Assembly (NCBI GenBank): GCA_030408485.1
Contig: JAUHQH010000068.1
Coordinates: 1 to 40,122, forward strand
DNA: 40,122 bases
Direction of reading: 5' to 3'
Origin: Candidatus Neptunichlamydia sp.
GTDB lineage: Bacteria > Chlamydiota > Chlamydiia > Chlamydiales > Simkaniaceae
The notes beneath the pieces were generated by a model, which did not search any database, had not been told where the DNA came from, and worked only from the letters and a program-made list of their open reading frames with translations. Below, in pieces: positions 29,855 through 39,849 of this stretch. The position numbers and the translations under genes are program-made. Position 1 is the first letter of the stretch. Each line of letters starts with the position of its first letter.

Positions 29855-31660
29855 TTATTTACGAGAGGATTTTCTTTGGCTTTCAGAAAGGATTTTTTTC
29901 CTTAGACGAATATTGTTTGGGGTAACCTCTACAAACTCATCGTCTTGGATAAAATCAATCGCTTGCTCCAATGTAATAACGGTAGGTGGAGTCAGGATTA
30001 AACTTTCATCTGTACCGGAAGCGCGCACATTCGTGAGCTGCTTTTCTCGAGTAATATTGACAACGAGATCATTATCACGACTATTTTCTCCAATTACCAT
30101 CCCTTCATAAACATCATCACCTGGTTTAACAAAGATCGTTCCTCGACTTTGAAGGTTAAAGCATGCATAGGCTGTTACTTTCCCTTGGTTCATCGAGATG
30201 AGTGCTCCATTTTTCCGCCCTGCAATTTCTCCTCGGTAGGGACCATAAGAGTCAAAAACTGATGTTAGAATTCCAAGACCTCGGGTAACAGTTAAGAACT
30301 CATTCCGATAGCCAATCAGCCCTCTTGTAGGAAGGAAAAATTCAATCGTGGTGATATTATGCTCGTTGGTATGAAAATTGCGCATTTCCCCTTTTCGCCG
30401 ATTCAGCTTCTCAATGACAGTTCCTGAAAACTCATCGGGAACTTCGATATGAGTATGTTCAATAGGTTCATCTTTATTTTCTTTGAGGATGACTTGAGGT
30501 TTTGAAACAAGAAATTCATGTCCTTCGCGTCGCATTGCTTCAATGAGAATTGAAAGGTGAAGTTCTCCTCGACCTGCAACACGAATGGCATCCTCGCGCT
30601 CTTTAATTTCTTCGACATGCAAAGAGATGTTTGATTTTTTCTCATGCAAAAGACGATCGCGAATTTTATTCATGGTGACATGCTTTCCATCTCTTCCAAC
30701 AAAAGGACCTGAGTTAACCGAAATCTCTACAGAAAGGGTTGGCTCACCTAGTTCAATTAAAGGAAGTTGATGAATATGGTTAGGATCACATAGGGTATCT
30801 CCAATCATTACATCAGCAGCCCCAGAAATGCTCACAATGTCTCCAACTCCTGCTTCTTCTAACTCCACTTTTTTCAGTCCATGATAGCCATCAATACGTG
30901 TCACTTTATGATTCGTTGGATGACCGCTTTTTTCAATGAGGGTGAGACTGTCTCCCTTTTTGACCTGCCCTTCTAGAATTCTTCCTGTAGCTTGTCTTCC
31001 CAAGAAATCACTATGAGAAATCGTGCTTGCTTGCATCAAAAAAGGAACGTCCAGATTCCCGGGAGGATGAGAGACTTTCTCAATGATTAAATCAAAGAGC
31101 GGACGCATATTCTCTCTCGAATCCCCTTCATTCATAAAGGCATATCCCTCGGTGGCAGAAGCATAACAATAGACAAAATCTAACTGTTCATCATTTGCTC
31201 CCAATTCAACAAAGAGATCAAAGGTTTTGTTTAGAGCATTTTCTGGATCAGCATGAGGTTTATCGATTTTGTTAAAGACAACAATCGGACTAAGCCCCAT
31301 TTTTAATGCTTGAGAAAGAACAAAACGAGTCTGAGGCATGGGTCCTTCTCCAGCATCTATAATGAGAAGAACTGAGTTGATCATTCCTAGAACTCTTTCA
31401 ACTTCTCCAGAAAAATCCGCATGCCCTGGGGTATCGATCACATTAATCTTGTAGTCATCGACAAAAAGTGAGGTATGCTTTGCAAAGATCGTAATTCCTC
31501 GCTCTTTTTCGAGCTCATAAGAATCCATTGCCCGTTCAGGAACTTCTTCATTTTCACGAAAAATCTCTGCTTGACTGAGCAGACAGTCGAGAAGAGTGGT
31601 TTTTCCATGGTCAATGTGGGCTATAATTGCAATATTACGTATCTTTTCTATCTTGTGCAC
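29855..31660 (-). CDS. typA: Translational GTPase TypA/BipA
   Basis: [47 protein letters not shown]. Confidence 0.98.
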   Translation of the reverse strand: MHKIEKIRNIAIIAHIDHGKTTLLDCLLSQAEIFRENEEVPERAMDSYELEKERGITIFAKHTSLFVDDYKINVIDTPGHADFSGEVERVLGMINSVLLIIDAGEGPMPQTRFVLSQALKMGLSPIVVFNKIDKPHADPENALNKTFDLFVELGANDEQLDFVYCYASATEGYAFMNEGDSRENMRPLFDLIIEKVSHPPGNLDVPFLMQASTISHSDFLGRQATGRILEGQVKKGDSLTLIEKSGHPTNHKVTRIDGYHGLKKVELEEAGVGDIVSISGAADVMIGDTLCDPNHIHQLPLIELGEPTLSVEISVNSGPFVGRDGKHVTMNKIRDRLLHEKKSNISLHVEEIKEREDAIRVAGRGELHLSILIEAMRREGHEFLVSKPQVILKENKDEPIEHTHIEVPDEFSGTVIEKLNRRKGEMRNFHTNEHNITTIEFFLPTRGLIGYRNEFLTVTRGLGILTSVFDSYGPYRGEIAGRKNGALISMNQGKVTAYACFNLQSRGTIFVKPGDDVYEGMVIGENSRDNDLVVNITREKQLTNVRASGTDESLILTPPTVITLEQAIDFIQDDEFVEVTPNNIRLRKKILSESQRKSSRK

Positions 31661-32054
31661 TTATTCCTTCCTTTTCCAGAGTATCTCCTCCATTCTAATC
31701 GAAAGATTCATTTATTGACATTGTGAAAAAGTTTTTAAGGTGAGTTTATGGGACTGTTGCGAACGGAAGACTTTTTAAAAGAAATCAAGTAAGCTTCTTT
31801 TTTGATTTCATATTATCAAGATTTGATCTTTCCGATCTGCTGAGAAACAACAGAAAAAACTAATACCTAATCATTAAAATTTTTTCAATTGATAGAAGTT
31901 TGATGTTTAATGGTTTCTTTTTACCAGGAAAGAAATCATAAAAAAAGCAGGATCTTCACTAGCAAAATAAACAGAGATATGTCGTTTTGCTATGAAATTC
32001 AATAGGTTAAGTAAGTACAAAATTATGAAGAAATCAGGAATTTGCTAGCCCACA

Positions 32055-32695
32055 AGACCCAAAAGAAATATCTTGCTTAAGCTTTCTCAGAAGCAAATCA
32101 CTCATCTTGTATAAAACAGGGGAAATTACCAGTAGCAAGGGTCATAAAGAAATCCCTTCCGATGGTATTGTATTCTATTGGCAAAGCCTCGTTTAGAATG
32201 CTAGGAAAAATCTTTGGTCATTCACATTCGTTGATATACCGGATGTGGCACTTCATTAGACCAAAAAAATAAAAAGTGGAGCGTTGTACAAAGAAGAACC
32301 ATTTCCTGGGTTATCGGCGATCGCAGTGTTGCAACGTTTAAACGAGTCTATCACACAATCAAGGATCTGAAGAGCTCCATATTTTATACTGACAATTGGA
32401 AGGTTTTTGCCAAAGTACTACCAAAGCATAAAATCTATCCTCCCGAGGAGACTCAAAGAACTATTCGAAGAATAGAAACCCCATTTCCCCATTTATACAC
32501 CAAAACATCCCAGTTAGCTTAAACATGGCTGAAATTGAAATTTCAGCATTATCGAGGGAGATACCTTAGGCGCCGACTTCCTTCACAAGAAGTGTTGAAA
32601 CAAGAAATAATAGTATGCGTTAGAAGTAGAAGCGAAAGAAATGCAACAGTCTCATGGGGATTTTCTAGAAAAAATCGACTCCTAAAATGAAAGAT
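32055..32695 (+). mobile_element. Mosaic IS debris: IS630-like 5' and 3' fragments around an IS1 fragment (~32160-32432)
   Basis: KQGKLPVARVIKK (IS630-like N-terminus); LGKIFGHSHSLIYRMWHFI..SWVIGDRSVATFKRVY..FYTDNWKVFAKVLP (IS1); YTPKHPS*L/MAEIEISALSRE..RRLPSQEVLKQEI (IS630 C-terminus). Confidence 0.7.
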
Positions 32696-32806
32696 ACCCC
32701 ATCAGCTTGCTGCGAGGAGGCTTCATTCGAATATAAGAAATTTTTTCAACACAATTTTAATCGGATCTCTGGTACACTTGAGAAAAAACTTTAGAGGCCT
32801 GCTGCC

Positions 32807-33241
32807 ATGTATTTGTTGTTTTGTCTCATTTCATGGACCTTAATTGGTTATCTCTGCTCTCGGATTGCACGAAATAGGGGGAAAAACCCGATGATTTGGT
32901 TTGCTCTGGGCGCTCTTTTAGGACTAATTGCAATAATTGTCCTCTATGTTCTTCCTCCAAAAGGAGCTACTGCTCCTGCAAGGGTTCTCTCTGGAAAACA
33001 AAAACAAGATAACACTCCTCCTTACTTGCCCTCTGAAGATGTGGCAACACGTCCTCCTGAAGCTCTCTGGTATTATCTTGATAAAGAAAATAATCAATAT
33101 GGCCCAATGAGTTTCAATGCCCTCAAAAGTGCTTGGAACCATAAGGAGATCGACCCATGTACTTATGTTTGGAATGAAAATATGGAAGAGTGGAAAACAC
33201 TTGAAAATCTTCCAGATGCTCTTGAGAGAATTCAAACATAA
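32807..33241 (+). CDS. Membrane protein with GYF_2 (DUF4339) domain
   Basis: Two N-terminal TM segments; WYYLDKENNQYGPMS..TYVWNENMEEWK; adjacent to rpsN as in chlamydial genomes. Confidence 0.85.
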   Translation: MYLLFCLISWTLIGYLCSRIARNRGKNPMIWFALGALLGLIAIIVLYVLPPKGATAPARVLSGKQKQDNTPPYLPSEDVATRPPEALWYYLDKENNQYGPMSFNALKSAWNHKEIDPCTYVWNENMEEWKTLENLPDALERIQT

Positions 33242-33277
33242 AAATTATACACTACATAAAAAAACTCCAACAAAAAT

Positions 33278-33378
33278 AACATAAGAAATAGCGCAGAGAG
33301 CTCCATGATAAAATCGCTTTTGGAAATCGAAGCTAACCACACATGCTGGTTAGTAAGATCAAAAAAGCAATTTTAACC
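33278..33378 (+). repeat. ~100-bp dispersed repeat with hairpin (copy 1)
   Basis: Aligns with reverse complement of 37821-37920; conserved core ATCGAAGCTAACCAC..TGGTTAGTAAGA. Confidence 0.7.
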
Positions 33379-33439
33379 TAAAAGATCAAATCCAATTATA
33401 CACATAATTTTTGATAGATGGCTATATTTCAAATAACCT

Positions 33440-33745
33440 CTACCAAGAAGCTTTTGTCACCCCTGGAATCAATCCTCCATTTGCCATCTCTCGGAAGCAA
33501 AGGCGAGATAGATTGAACTTACGGAGATATCCGCGAGAACGGCCTGTTAAGCGGCAGCGATTACGAAGGCGAATTTTTGAAGAGTTTTTAGAAAGCTTAT
33601 TTAGCTCTTCCTGAGCAGTCATTTTTTCCTCTTCAGAGGTTCCAAGATCTCGGACAATCGCTTTTAACTCTTTGCGTTTTTCCCATTTAATGCGAACGAG
33701 ATGTTCACGTCGCTTTTCCTTTTCAATCATTGCTTTTCTAGCCAT
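33440..33745 (-). CDS. rpsN: 30S ribosomal protein S14
   Basis: [36 protein letters not shown]; 101 aa from ATG 33745. Confidence 0.97.
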   Translation of the reverse strand: MARKAMIEKEKRREHLVRIKWEKRKELKAIVRDLGTSEEEKMTAQEELNKLSKNSSKIRLRNRCRLTGRSRGYLRKFNLSRLCFREMANGGLIPGVTKASW

Positions 33746-33746
33746 A

Positions 33747-33884
33747 CTATTTTTTCCTTGCGGGTCCTTTTTGGCGCTGTTTTCGGTTTGGATCTCTTTT
33801 ATTAACCACGTAAAGACGACCCCGTCGTCTGACAATTTTATCCCCTTTGCTGGGATCTGCTTTAACTGATGTACGCACTTTCAT
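33747..33884 (-). CDS. rpmJ: 50S ribosomal protein L36 (Cys-less type; not in ORF track)
   Basis: [45 protein letters not shown]. Confidence 0.95.
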   Translation of the reverse strand: MKVRTSVKADPSKGDKIVRRRGRLYVVNKRDPNRKQRQKGPARKK

Positions 33885-33950
33885 CATGAATCCTAAGATT
33901 TAACAATAACCCACCATCATACACACCTGAGGAATTCTTGACAACCGATG

Positions 33951-34255
33951 AAACTAAACAACGCCTCGCCTACAAGTCGAGGGGTTCATTAAGGGTCGAT
34001 TTGAAATCGACTCTCACTTGCTAAGAGCTCACCTTCTTTCTCTTCAATGTATGACTAAATCATCTCATCTGCAATATTTCCTGAGCTCACTGCTAAATGA
34101 CCTTTGCAACCTGTACTTAGAGACCCATACAAGATAGACTTTCAAATCTGTTTTTAATGTGCGCTCCTAAATTATAACGTTGCATGGCGACATAGTTTAA
34201 TCTTTTCTTCGCCTTAAAGGCGAGGGTTTTCAACCGTCCCCGTAGGAGCCAATAA
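33951..34255 (-). mobile_element. tnpA: IS200-family element with both ends, tnpA internally deleted
   Basis: Left end TTATTG.. with hairpin TCGCCT-TTA-AGGCGA; MQRYNLGAH/TDLKVYLVWVSKYR..AVSSGNIADEMI*SYIEEKEGE..SRFQIDP*. Confidence 0.8.
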
Positions 34256-34329
34256 TGAGACTGTTTACAACTAAAAAGATTTAGAGACTTCCGATTACAA
34301 AAGTTTTGGGTTTGTAAAAAATAGGTGCT

Positions 34330-34905
34330 TTTGGACAGTTAATGAACCCCTTTTGCCTTGGTTACTAGGCGCAGGACTTTTATGCAATACCCCTTATCCA
34401 TACTGGGAGGGACATACATCCTTAAAACCTGAAGTATCTGTAATATTTTAGCTGGAGTAATTGCAACCTTATTGATTAAGACTCGTCTACATATCTACAC
34501 TGGCATGCTGCTTATAACCATACCAGTATTTATTCTTCCCTTATGCAACCTATTCTTCACTTGGATGCCTGCAGAAAACTAAGAGATGTTTTCGTTGTTT
34601 AGCTTCTTGTATTTTTCTCCAATTAAGCTTGCTTTAGCGATTAAATGGGTTGCATTTACAAAGGTAAAAACCTCACTTATAAGTTCTTGACTTTTTAGCT
34701 GATATATTAGATCAGCTAAAATCTTAAGACAAGGTATGGATCCCCATTTTTTTCTAAGCTGACAAAAGAGTGTGTGGTCAGGAGTATTATCTTTAAGGTT
34801 AAACCCATAAATCATCGAGCAGCATTATTTGATTCGATAAAGCGTTCTAGTTCTTTATCGCTGCAGTTCATGGAAGAATTGCAGCGATAAGCATTTGAAT
34901 AATGG
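34330..34905 (-). mobile_element. IS5-like (DUF772 + DDE) transposase pseudogene
   Basis: SDKELERFIESNNAA..TPDHTLFCQLRKK..FTFVNATH..KYWYGYKQHASVD..INKVAITPA. Confidence 0.75.
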
Positions 34906-35048
34906 GGCTATTGAAAGTTGGAAGATCATCGTTACCCTGCTTGCAAGAGCCTTGAACTCTTCACATAGGAAAAACTCTTTGAACTTGCTTTAATTAATTG
35001 CACGCCCTAGAATGGTCAGTAGTTTACAAAATTAAATATTGATGAGTC

Positions 35049-35183
35049 ATGAAACGTACATACCAACCCAGCAAACACTGCCGTAAGAAAACTCATGGTT
35101 TCCGCTCAAAAATGAAAACCGCTAGTGGAAGAAAGCTCATAAATCGAAAGCGACGAAAAGGTCGGAAGCGTCTTGCAGCGTGA
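35049..35183 (+). CDS. rpmH: 50S ribosomal protein L34 (not in ORF track)
   Basis: [44 protein letters not shown]; overlaps rnpA start. Confidence 0.96.
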   Translation: MKRTYQPSKHCRKKTHGFRSKMKTASGRKLINRKRRKGRKRLAA

Positions 35184-35536
35184 GCTTTAAGCTCTCTCGA
35201 TTCCAAAGACTCTTAAATAGGCACGATTTTCGCGCTGTTTATCAAAAGGGGAGGAGATTTGTAGGAAAACGACTAGTTTTGTTCTATTTGACCGATTTCT
35301 TTTCTCACCCTAGATTAGGAATTACGATCACAAAAAAATGGGGCAAATCTCATGATCGAAACCGATTTAAAAGAATCTCAAGAGAAGCTTTTCGCAAACT
35401 TTATCCAGCTCTTCCTAAAGGACTCATCATTAATGTTCATCCCAAAAAGGGATACCGGGATCTAATACCCGAACAAGTAGAAGCTGAACTGAAAAATCTA
35501 ATGGTCCTCATCAAGAAACATTCAGAAGAAATTTGA
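35180..35536 (+). CDS. rnpA: Ribonuclease P protein component
   Basis: [21 protein letters not shown] (RNR motif); follows rpmH. Confidence 0.95.
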   Translation: MSFKLSRFQRLLNRHDFRAVYQKGRRFVGKRLVLFYLTDFFSHPRLGITITKKWGKSHDRNRFKRISREAFRKLYPALPKGLIINVHPKKGYRDLIPEQVEAELKNLMVLIKKHSEEI

Positions 35537-35587
35537 GCTAGATTTTCAATGAATTTTTATTGGTATGGAGTATGCGAGTAGCGATCT

Positions 35588-37543
35588 GTGGAAAAACTGA
35601 ATCCGAATCAGCAAAAGGGAGTCACCACAACTAAGGGACGTGTCTTAATTCTTGCTGGTGCAGGGAGTGGAAAAACTCGTGTCCTTGTTCACCGAATTGC
35701 TTACCTTATTCGTGAAAAAAATATTTCCCCTTCTTCAATCTTAGGACTGACATTCACAAACAAAGCAGCAGCTGAGATGCAAGAACGCGTTGCTAAACTT
35801 GTTAGAAACCAAGATGCTAAAGAAGTCTTTCTTTCCACTTTTCATAGCTTTTGTATGGGGATTCTTCGCAAAGAAATTCATCGCCTAGGCTTTACTCCAA
35901 AATTTACACTCTATGATGAAAAAGATATGCGACGTCTGATTTTGCAAGTTGCATCAGAGATTTACCAAGGAGAAGACCTTTCCTTAGAGCCGATTATCAC
36001 TGCCATTTCTTACCTAAAAAGTAAGGGACTAAAAGAAGAGCACCTTCTCAAAAGTGATCTCAAACAAGATGCGTTTATTAAAGAGGTGTATGGAGCGCTA
36101 CGTATTGCGATGCGTGCTTACAACGCCCTTGATTTCGATAGCCTGTTAACTTTGACTGTCGAGCTTTTTGAAACATTTCCCGATGTTTTGGAAAAATATC
36201 AAGAGCAGTTCCGCTATATTATGATCGATGAATATCAAGATACCAATCCAATTCAGTATCGCCTTGCTTCTCTTCTCTCAAAAAAGTATGGAAATCTTTG
36301 TGTTGTTGGAGATGATGACCAATCGATTTATGCCTGGAGAGGAGCAGAAATTGAGCACATCCTAAGTTTTCCCGCAGAAGCAACAATCAAGCTTGAACAA
36401 AATTATCGCTCCACATCCCATATCCTCAATGCAGCAAATGCTGTTATCCGTAATAATATCCACCGCCATGATAAGGTGCTCCGAGCCAATGAAGGAGCTG
36501 GTGAAACCCTCGAGATTTTTAATGCTCCTACTGAGCAAGATGAAGTCGATGCAGTGATCGAACGTCTCTTAAAATTTAAAGAAGAAAAGAATTATCGCTG
36601 GAATGAAATGGCAATCCTTTATCGCTCCAATAATTTAGCCCGTGCTTTTGAACTTTCTTTAATGCAAACTGCATGGAGAGATGGAGGACAATGGGTCCGA
36701 GGAATTCCCTATCAAGTCTTTGGTGGAATGAAGTTTTTTGATAGGAGTGAAATCAAAGACCTGATGGCTTATCTCCGTATTATTGCAAATCCCAGAGACC
36801 AAGAAGCTCTCCTTAGGATCGTCAATTATCCAAGAAGAGAAATCTCTGATAAAACTCTTGATACTATCACCCAGTTTAACAGAAGAGAAAAACTTCCTCT
36901 TTTAAAGATCATAAGAAAGATTGCTGAGGGTGATCATCCTGAACTTACACTGACTTCAAGAGGTTCTCAAGGCATTGAGAACTTCATGATTTTATATGAC
37001 GAAATGGTCAAGAAATTTGAAACTGTTTCATTGTCTGATGGGCTCAAGTGGTTGATTGAAAATATCAATTATAAGGATGCTATTTTTACAGAAGTGAAGA
37101 GTGATAAGATGCGTAAACTCAAATGGGAAAATGTTCAAGCTTGTGTTTCTGCCCTGCAAACCTATGAAAAGGGAGAAGAGACTTCGCTTCATGATTTTCT
37201 CTCTTCAACAATGCTCGATAATCGAAAGTATGACAAAAAAGATCGGTTTGGGGATGATAAATTGAACTTAATGACTTTTCATAGCGCCAAAGGGCTAGAA
37301 TTTCCTGCTGTCTTCCTTGTTGGATTAGAAGATCACTTAATTCCTCATATGAGAAGCCAAACGAAAGAAGGCATTGAAGAGGAACGCCGCCTTCTTTATG
37401 TTGCAATCACTCGAGCAATGGAAACACTTTGCTTAAGCATGTCTCGCAAAAGACCCCATCATGGGAAAATGATCAGTTGCAATCCTTCTCGCTTTCTTTT
37501 TGAGATTCCAAAGGATATTTTAAAGATAACATCTTGGAAATAG
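35588..37543 (+). CDS. Rep/UvrD-family ATP-dependent DNA helicase
   Basis: AGAGSGKT, TFTNKAA, DEYQDTN, VGDDDQSIY, QNYRS, MTFHSAKGLEF, EERRLLYVAITRA; lacks the UvrD/PcrA C-terminal tail (Rep-like length). Confidence 0.95.
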   Translation: MEKLNPNQQKGVTTTKGRVLILAGAGSGKTRVLVHRIAYLIREKNISPSSILGLTFTNKAAAEMQERVAKLVRNQDAKEVFLSTFHSFCMGILRKEIHRLGFTPKFTLYDEKDMRRLILQVASEIYQGEDLSLEPIITAISYLKSKGLKEEHLLKSDLKQDAFIKEVYGALRIAMRAYNALDFDSLLTLTVELFETFPDVLEKYQEQFRYIMIDEYQDTNPIQYRLASLLSKKYGNLCVVGDDDQSIYAWRGAEIEHILSFPAEATIKLEQNYRSTSHILNAANAVIRNNIHRHDKVLRANEGAGETLEIFNAPTEQDEVDAVIERLLKFKEEKNYRWNEMAILYRSNNLARAFELSLMQTAWRDGGQWVRGIPYQVFGGMKFFDRSEIKDLMAYLRIIANPRDQEALLRIVNYPRREISDKTLDTITQFNRREKLPLLKIIRKIAEGDHPELTLTSRGSQGIENFMILYDEMVKKFETVSLSDGLKWLIENINYKDAIFTEVKSDKMRKLKWENVQACVSALQTYEKGEETSLHDFLSSTMLDNRKYDKKDRFGDDKLNLMTFHSAKGLEFPAVFLVGLEDHLIPHMRSQTKEGIEEERRLLYVAITRAMETLCLSMSRKRPHHGKMISCNPSRFLFEIPKDILKITSWK

Positions 37544-37820
37544 TCCCTCTTCTCTATAGAGAAGCATAAGGATAAGAGACTTGAGCATGTATTCCAAAAC
37601 TTCCTTATTTTGCTCATGCTCAATTAAATACTCAGAAAGGACCATATGGATGATCTTTCAGCAATAGTCTCCACTCCTTTCACCAAATTCCGCAATATAG
37701 TTTTCTAATGCATCTGGAGAGTCACTTTCTTGAAATTCTAAGAGAGCTATTGGAGCTGTTGCACAGGGATAACAAAACATCTAGTCACTATCATCTCTCA
37801 AGAAAAAAATCTCACGGGTT

Positions 37821-37920
37821 GGTTAATCTTAATTTTTTGGTCTTACTAACCAAGTAAGTGGTTAGCTTCGATCTCCAAAAATAATTCCATCATAAAAATC
37901 TCTGCGACACTTCTTATATT
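37821..37920 (-). repeat. ~100-bp dispersed repeat with hairpin (copy 2)
   Basis: Inverted homolog of 33278-33378; abuts the IS200 left end. Confidence 0.7.
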
Positions 37921-38246
37921 ATTGTCTCCTCCGGAGGTGATGAAAATCCTCATAATTTATAAGGGGACACTAAAACAGATTTGAAAATCCATCTTGTATG
38001 AACCCTTAAGTACAGCAAGCGAATTTTGACCGGGTGACCAATCAGGCAACTATACATCTTAAAAGGTATCCTAAGGGAGGTTGCATTGAAACACGAAAAG
38101 ACGACGAAAAGTGATCATGTTCACATGTTTATTAGCTATAAGTCGATACAAAGCATAAGCAAGATGAACCCCTTACAAGATGGCAGTCAATTTCAAATCG
38201 ACCCCTAATGAATCCCCCGACTTGTAGGAAAGGCGTTGTTTAGTTT
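37919..38246 (+). mobile_element. tnpA: IS200-family element remnant
   Basis: Left end TTATTGTCTCC; TKTDLKIHLV*TLKYSKRILTG; HUH motif DHVHMFISY; FQIDP* and shared right end. Confidence 0.8.
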
Positions 38247-38274
38247 AAATGACGCAGGGGAATTCTCATCTCGT

Positions 38275-39486
38275 TTAGGGGATTGAGAGTGTCACCAAAT
38301 GGATGATCTCTAGAACAACGACAAAGAGGGCATAGAGGATAAGAAAGGAGAGCACCTTCTTATTTTCAAGCCAATTGAGGTCAGCCTTAAGCTTCCAGGT
38401 ATATTTCCCTGCCCAAATAAACCCAATAGGGAGAAGGCCATTAAGGAAAGCTTCTCCGAATCCCCCTGCAACACCCAAAGCTGTGGTAAAAATCCCAGGA
38501 TTAAGCGTAGCTAGAACAAAAGGAGGAATAAAGGTCAAAAGGGTTAAACCCACTCGACTAAGCCCTTTTCTTTCTTCAACTCTAAACCCATCTCCAAGAA
38601 AGTCGACCATTGAGAAAGCCACACCAAGCGTTGAGGTTGCGATTGCAAAAAAAGCAAAAAAACGACCAACCATCACAAACATTGGATTTCCAGTAACGGG
38701 ATCAAAAGCTGTTGTAATCGGTGTTCCTTCTTCAAGAGTCTTTGACAACATCTCTTGAGGAACAGATCCAATCACAAGCCACTGCCAAACGATATAGACT
38801 ATGAGAGGTAGAAAAGACCCCCAAAAAACTGCAAACCGAAGAGATTTTTTATCTCGCTTTAAGTAGGTACAAAGAGAGGGAATCACATTGTGAAATCCGA
38901 AAGCACTAAAAAGGACAGGCATCGCCAATATCATTTTCGGCCATTTTGTAAATTTGAGACGGACACTATCCACTTCCTCTCCCCCACTGCCGATCAGGGT
39001 AAACCATGCTGCTATCATCGCAATACTCATAATGATGTTCACCCGGTCAATCAACTTTGGACCAATCGCAACAATCACTCCAAATACAAAACCAAAAAGG
39101 GCAAACATCTCCCAACCGGTTACATTAAAACCGATCATAGAAAAAGCATCTCCAAGAAGAGGGGCTCCTGCTGCAAAATAGGCAATCATTAAGCAGTAAT
39201 AGAGAAAAATAAACATTCCCCCTGAGATCAGGCGTCCTCCTCTTCCAAAAAAACGTCCGGCAATAGAAAGGACATTACTCCCATCTGACATCCATAGGGT
39301 CGCTTCCAAAAAGAGAAGTCCTGTACAATACATAAAGAACCAAACAATTGTTGTAGCTAAAACCCCCGGCCAAAAACCTGAAACTCCTGTAACAATAGGA
39401 ATGCCAAGCATTCCTGCTCCAATCATTGTTCCGGCGATTAAAAATGTACCACTGATCGTGCGCATTAAATTAGTTTTTTTTCTCAT
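38275..39486 (-). CDS. HAAAP-family (TyrP/Mtr-like) amino acid permease
   Basis: GTFLIAGTMIGAGMLGIP, AFGFHNVIPSL, FAIATSTLGV; ~11 TM segments. Confidence 0.92.
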   Translation of the reverse strand: MRKKTNLMRTISGTFLIAGTMIGAGMLGIPIVTGVSGFWPGVLATTIVWFFMYCTGLLFLEATLWMSDGSNVLSIAGRFFGRGGRLISGGMFIFLYYCLMIAYFAAGAPLLGDAFSMIGFNVTGWEMFALFGFVFGVIVAIGPKLIDRVNIIMSIAMIAAWFTLIGSGGEEVDSVRLKFTKWPKMILAMPVLFSAFGFHNVIPSLCTYLKRDKKSLRFAVFWGSFLPLIVYIVWQWLVIGSVPQEMLSKTLEEGTPITTAFDPVTGNPMFVMVGRFFAFFAIATSTLGVAFSMVDFLGDGFRVEERKGLSRVGLTLLTFIPPFVLATLNPGIFTTALGVAGGFGEAFLNGLLPIGFIWAGKYTWKLKADLNWLENKKVLSFLILYALFVVVLEIIHLVTLSIP

Positions 39487-39537
39487 GATTTCCTTCCTAC
39501 GTTAAAATTAATGATGAACAAATAAAGTCGATTGCCG

Positions 39538-39591
39538 TTAGTGACAATGATGGTAAGAAGGATGGTGAGGAAATAAATAAAATTTCATCAT
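39538..39591 (-). CDS. Putative leader peptide MMKFYLFPHHPSYHHCH
   Basis: 17-codon uORF starting 7 nt after the -10 box; 5 His in the last 9 codons; contains an anti-SD for the permease. Confidence 0.6.
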   Translation of the reverse strand: MMKFYLFPHHPSYHHCH

Positions 39592-39597
39592 AATGCT

Positions 39598-39626
39598 ATG
39601 ATAGGGAAGGTGATTCTGAGTGTCAA
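39598..39626 (-). promoter_or_regulatory. sigma66/sigma70 promoter for the leader and permease
   Basis: TTGACA-N17-TATCAT on the minus strand. Confidence 0.75.
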
Positions 39627-39849
39627 TATGAAAAATTCCGTGGTTATATGGAGCTTTAGTCAGAAGAGAGCTGCTCCGATAAAGACATTCAGACGTCACA
39701 ATTTTAGCTCCAACTTTCATCTCAACCCCGCAATGCGACAAAAATGAAAATAAAAACTGGTCAGATATGACTAAAAAAAACACTACGGCGATTTTTATAA
39801 TCTATATATTAAGCATCGTAGGAGGAGTTATACTCGAGAGCTACCACCA

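Noticed and set aside
32692-32728. GATACCCC..AGCTTGCTGCGAGGAGGCTTCATT, REP/IS-end-like palindrome
   Set aside because: Single degenerate copy; cannot be assigned from this window.
33746-33835. 30-aa N-terminal extension of S14 in the ORF track
   Set aside because: Region is occupied by rpmJ in another frame.
37581-37623. Inverted repeat TTGAGCATG..CATGCTCAA after the helicase gene
   Set aside because: Long loop and no U-tract; weak terminator evidence.
39592-39783. 81-aa ORF 39538-39783 as a full gene
   Set aside because: Its 5' part spans the promoter; only the last 17 codons downstream of the -10 box are plausible.
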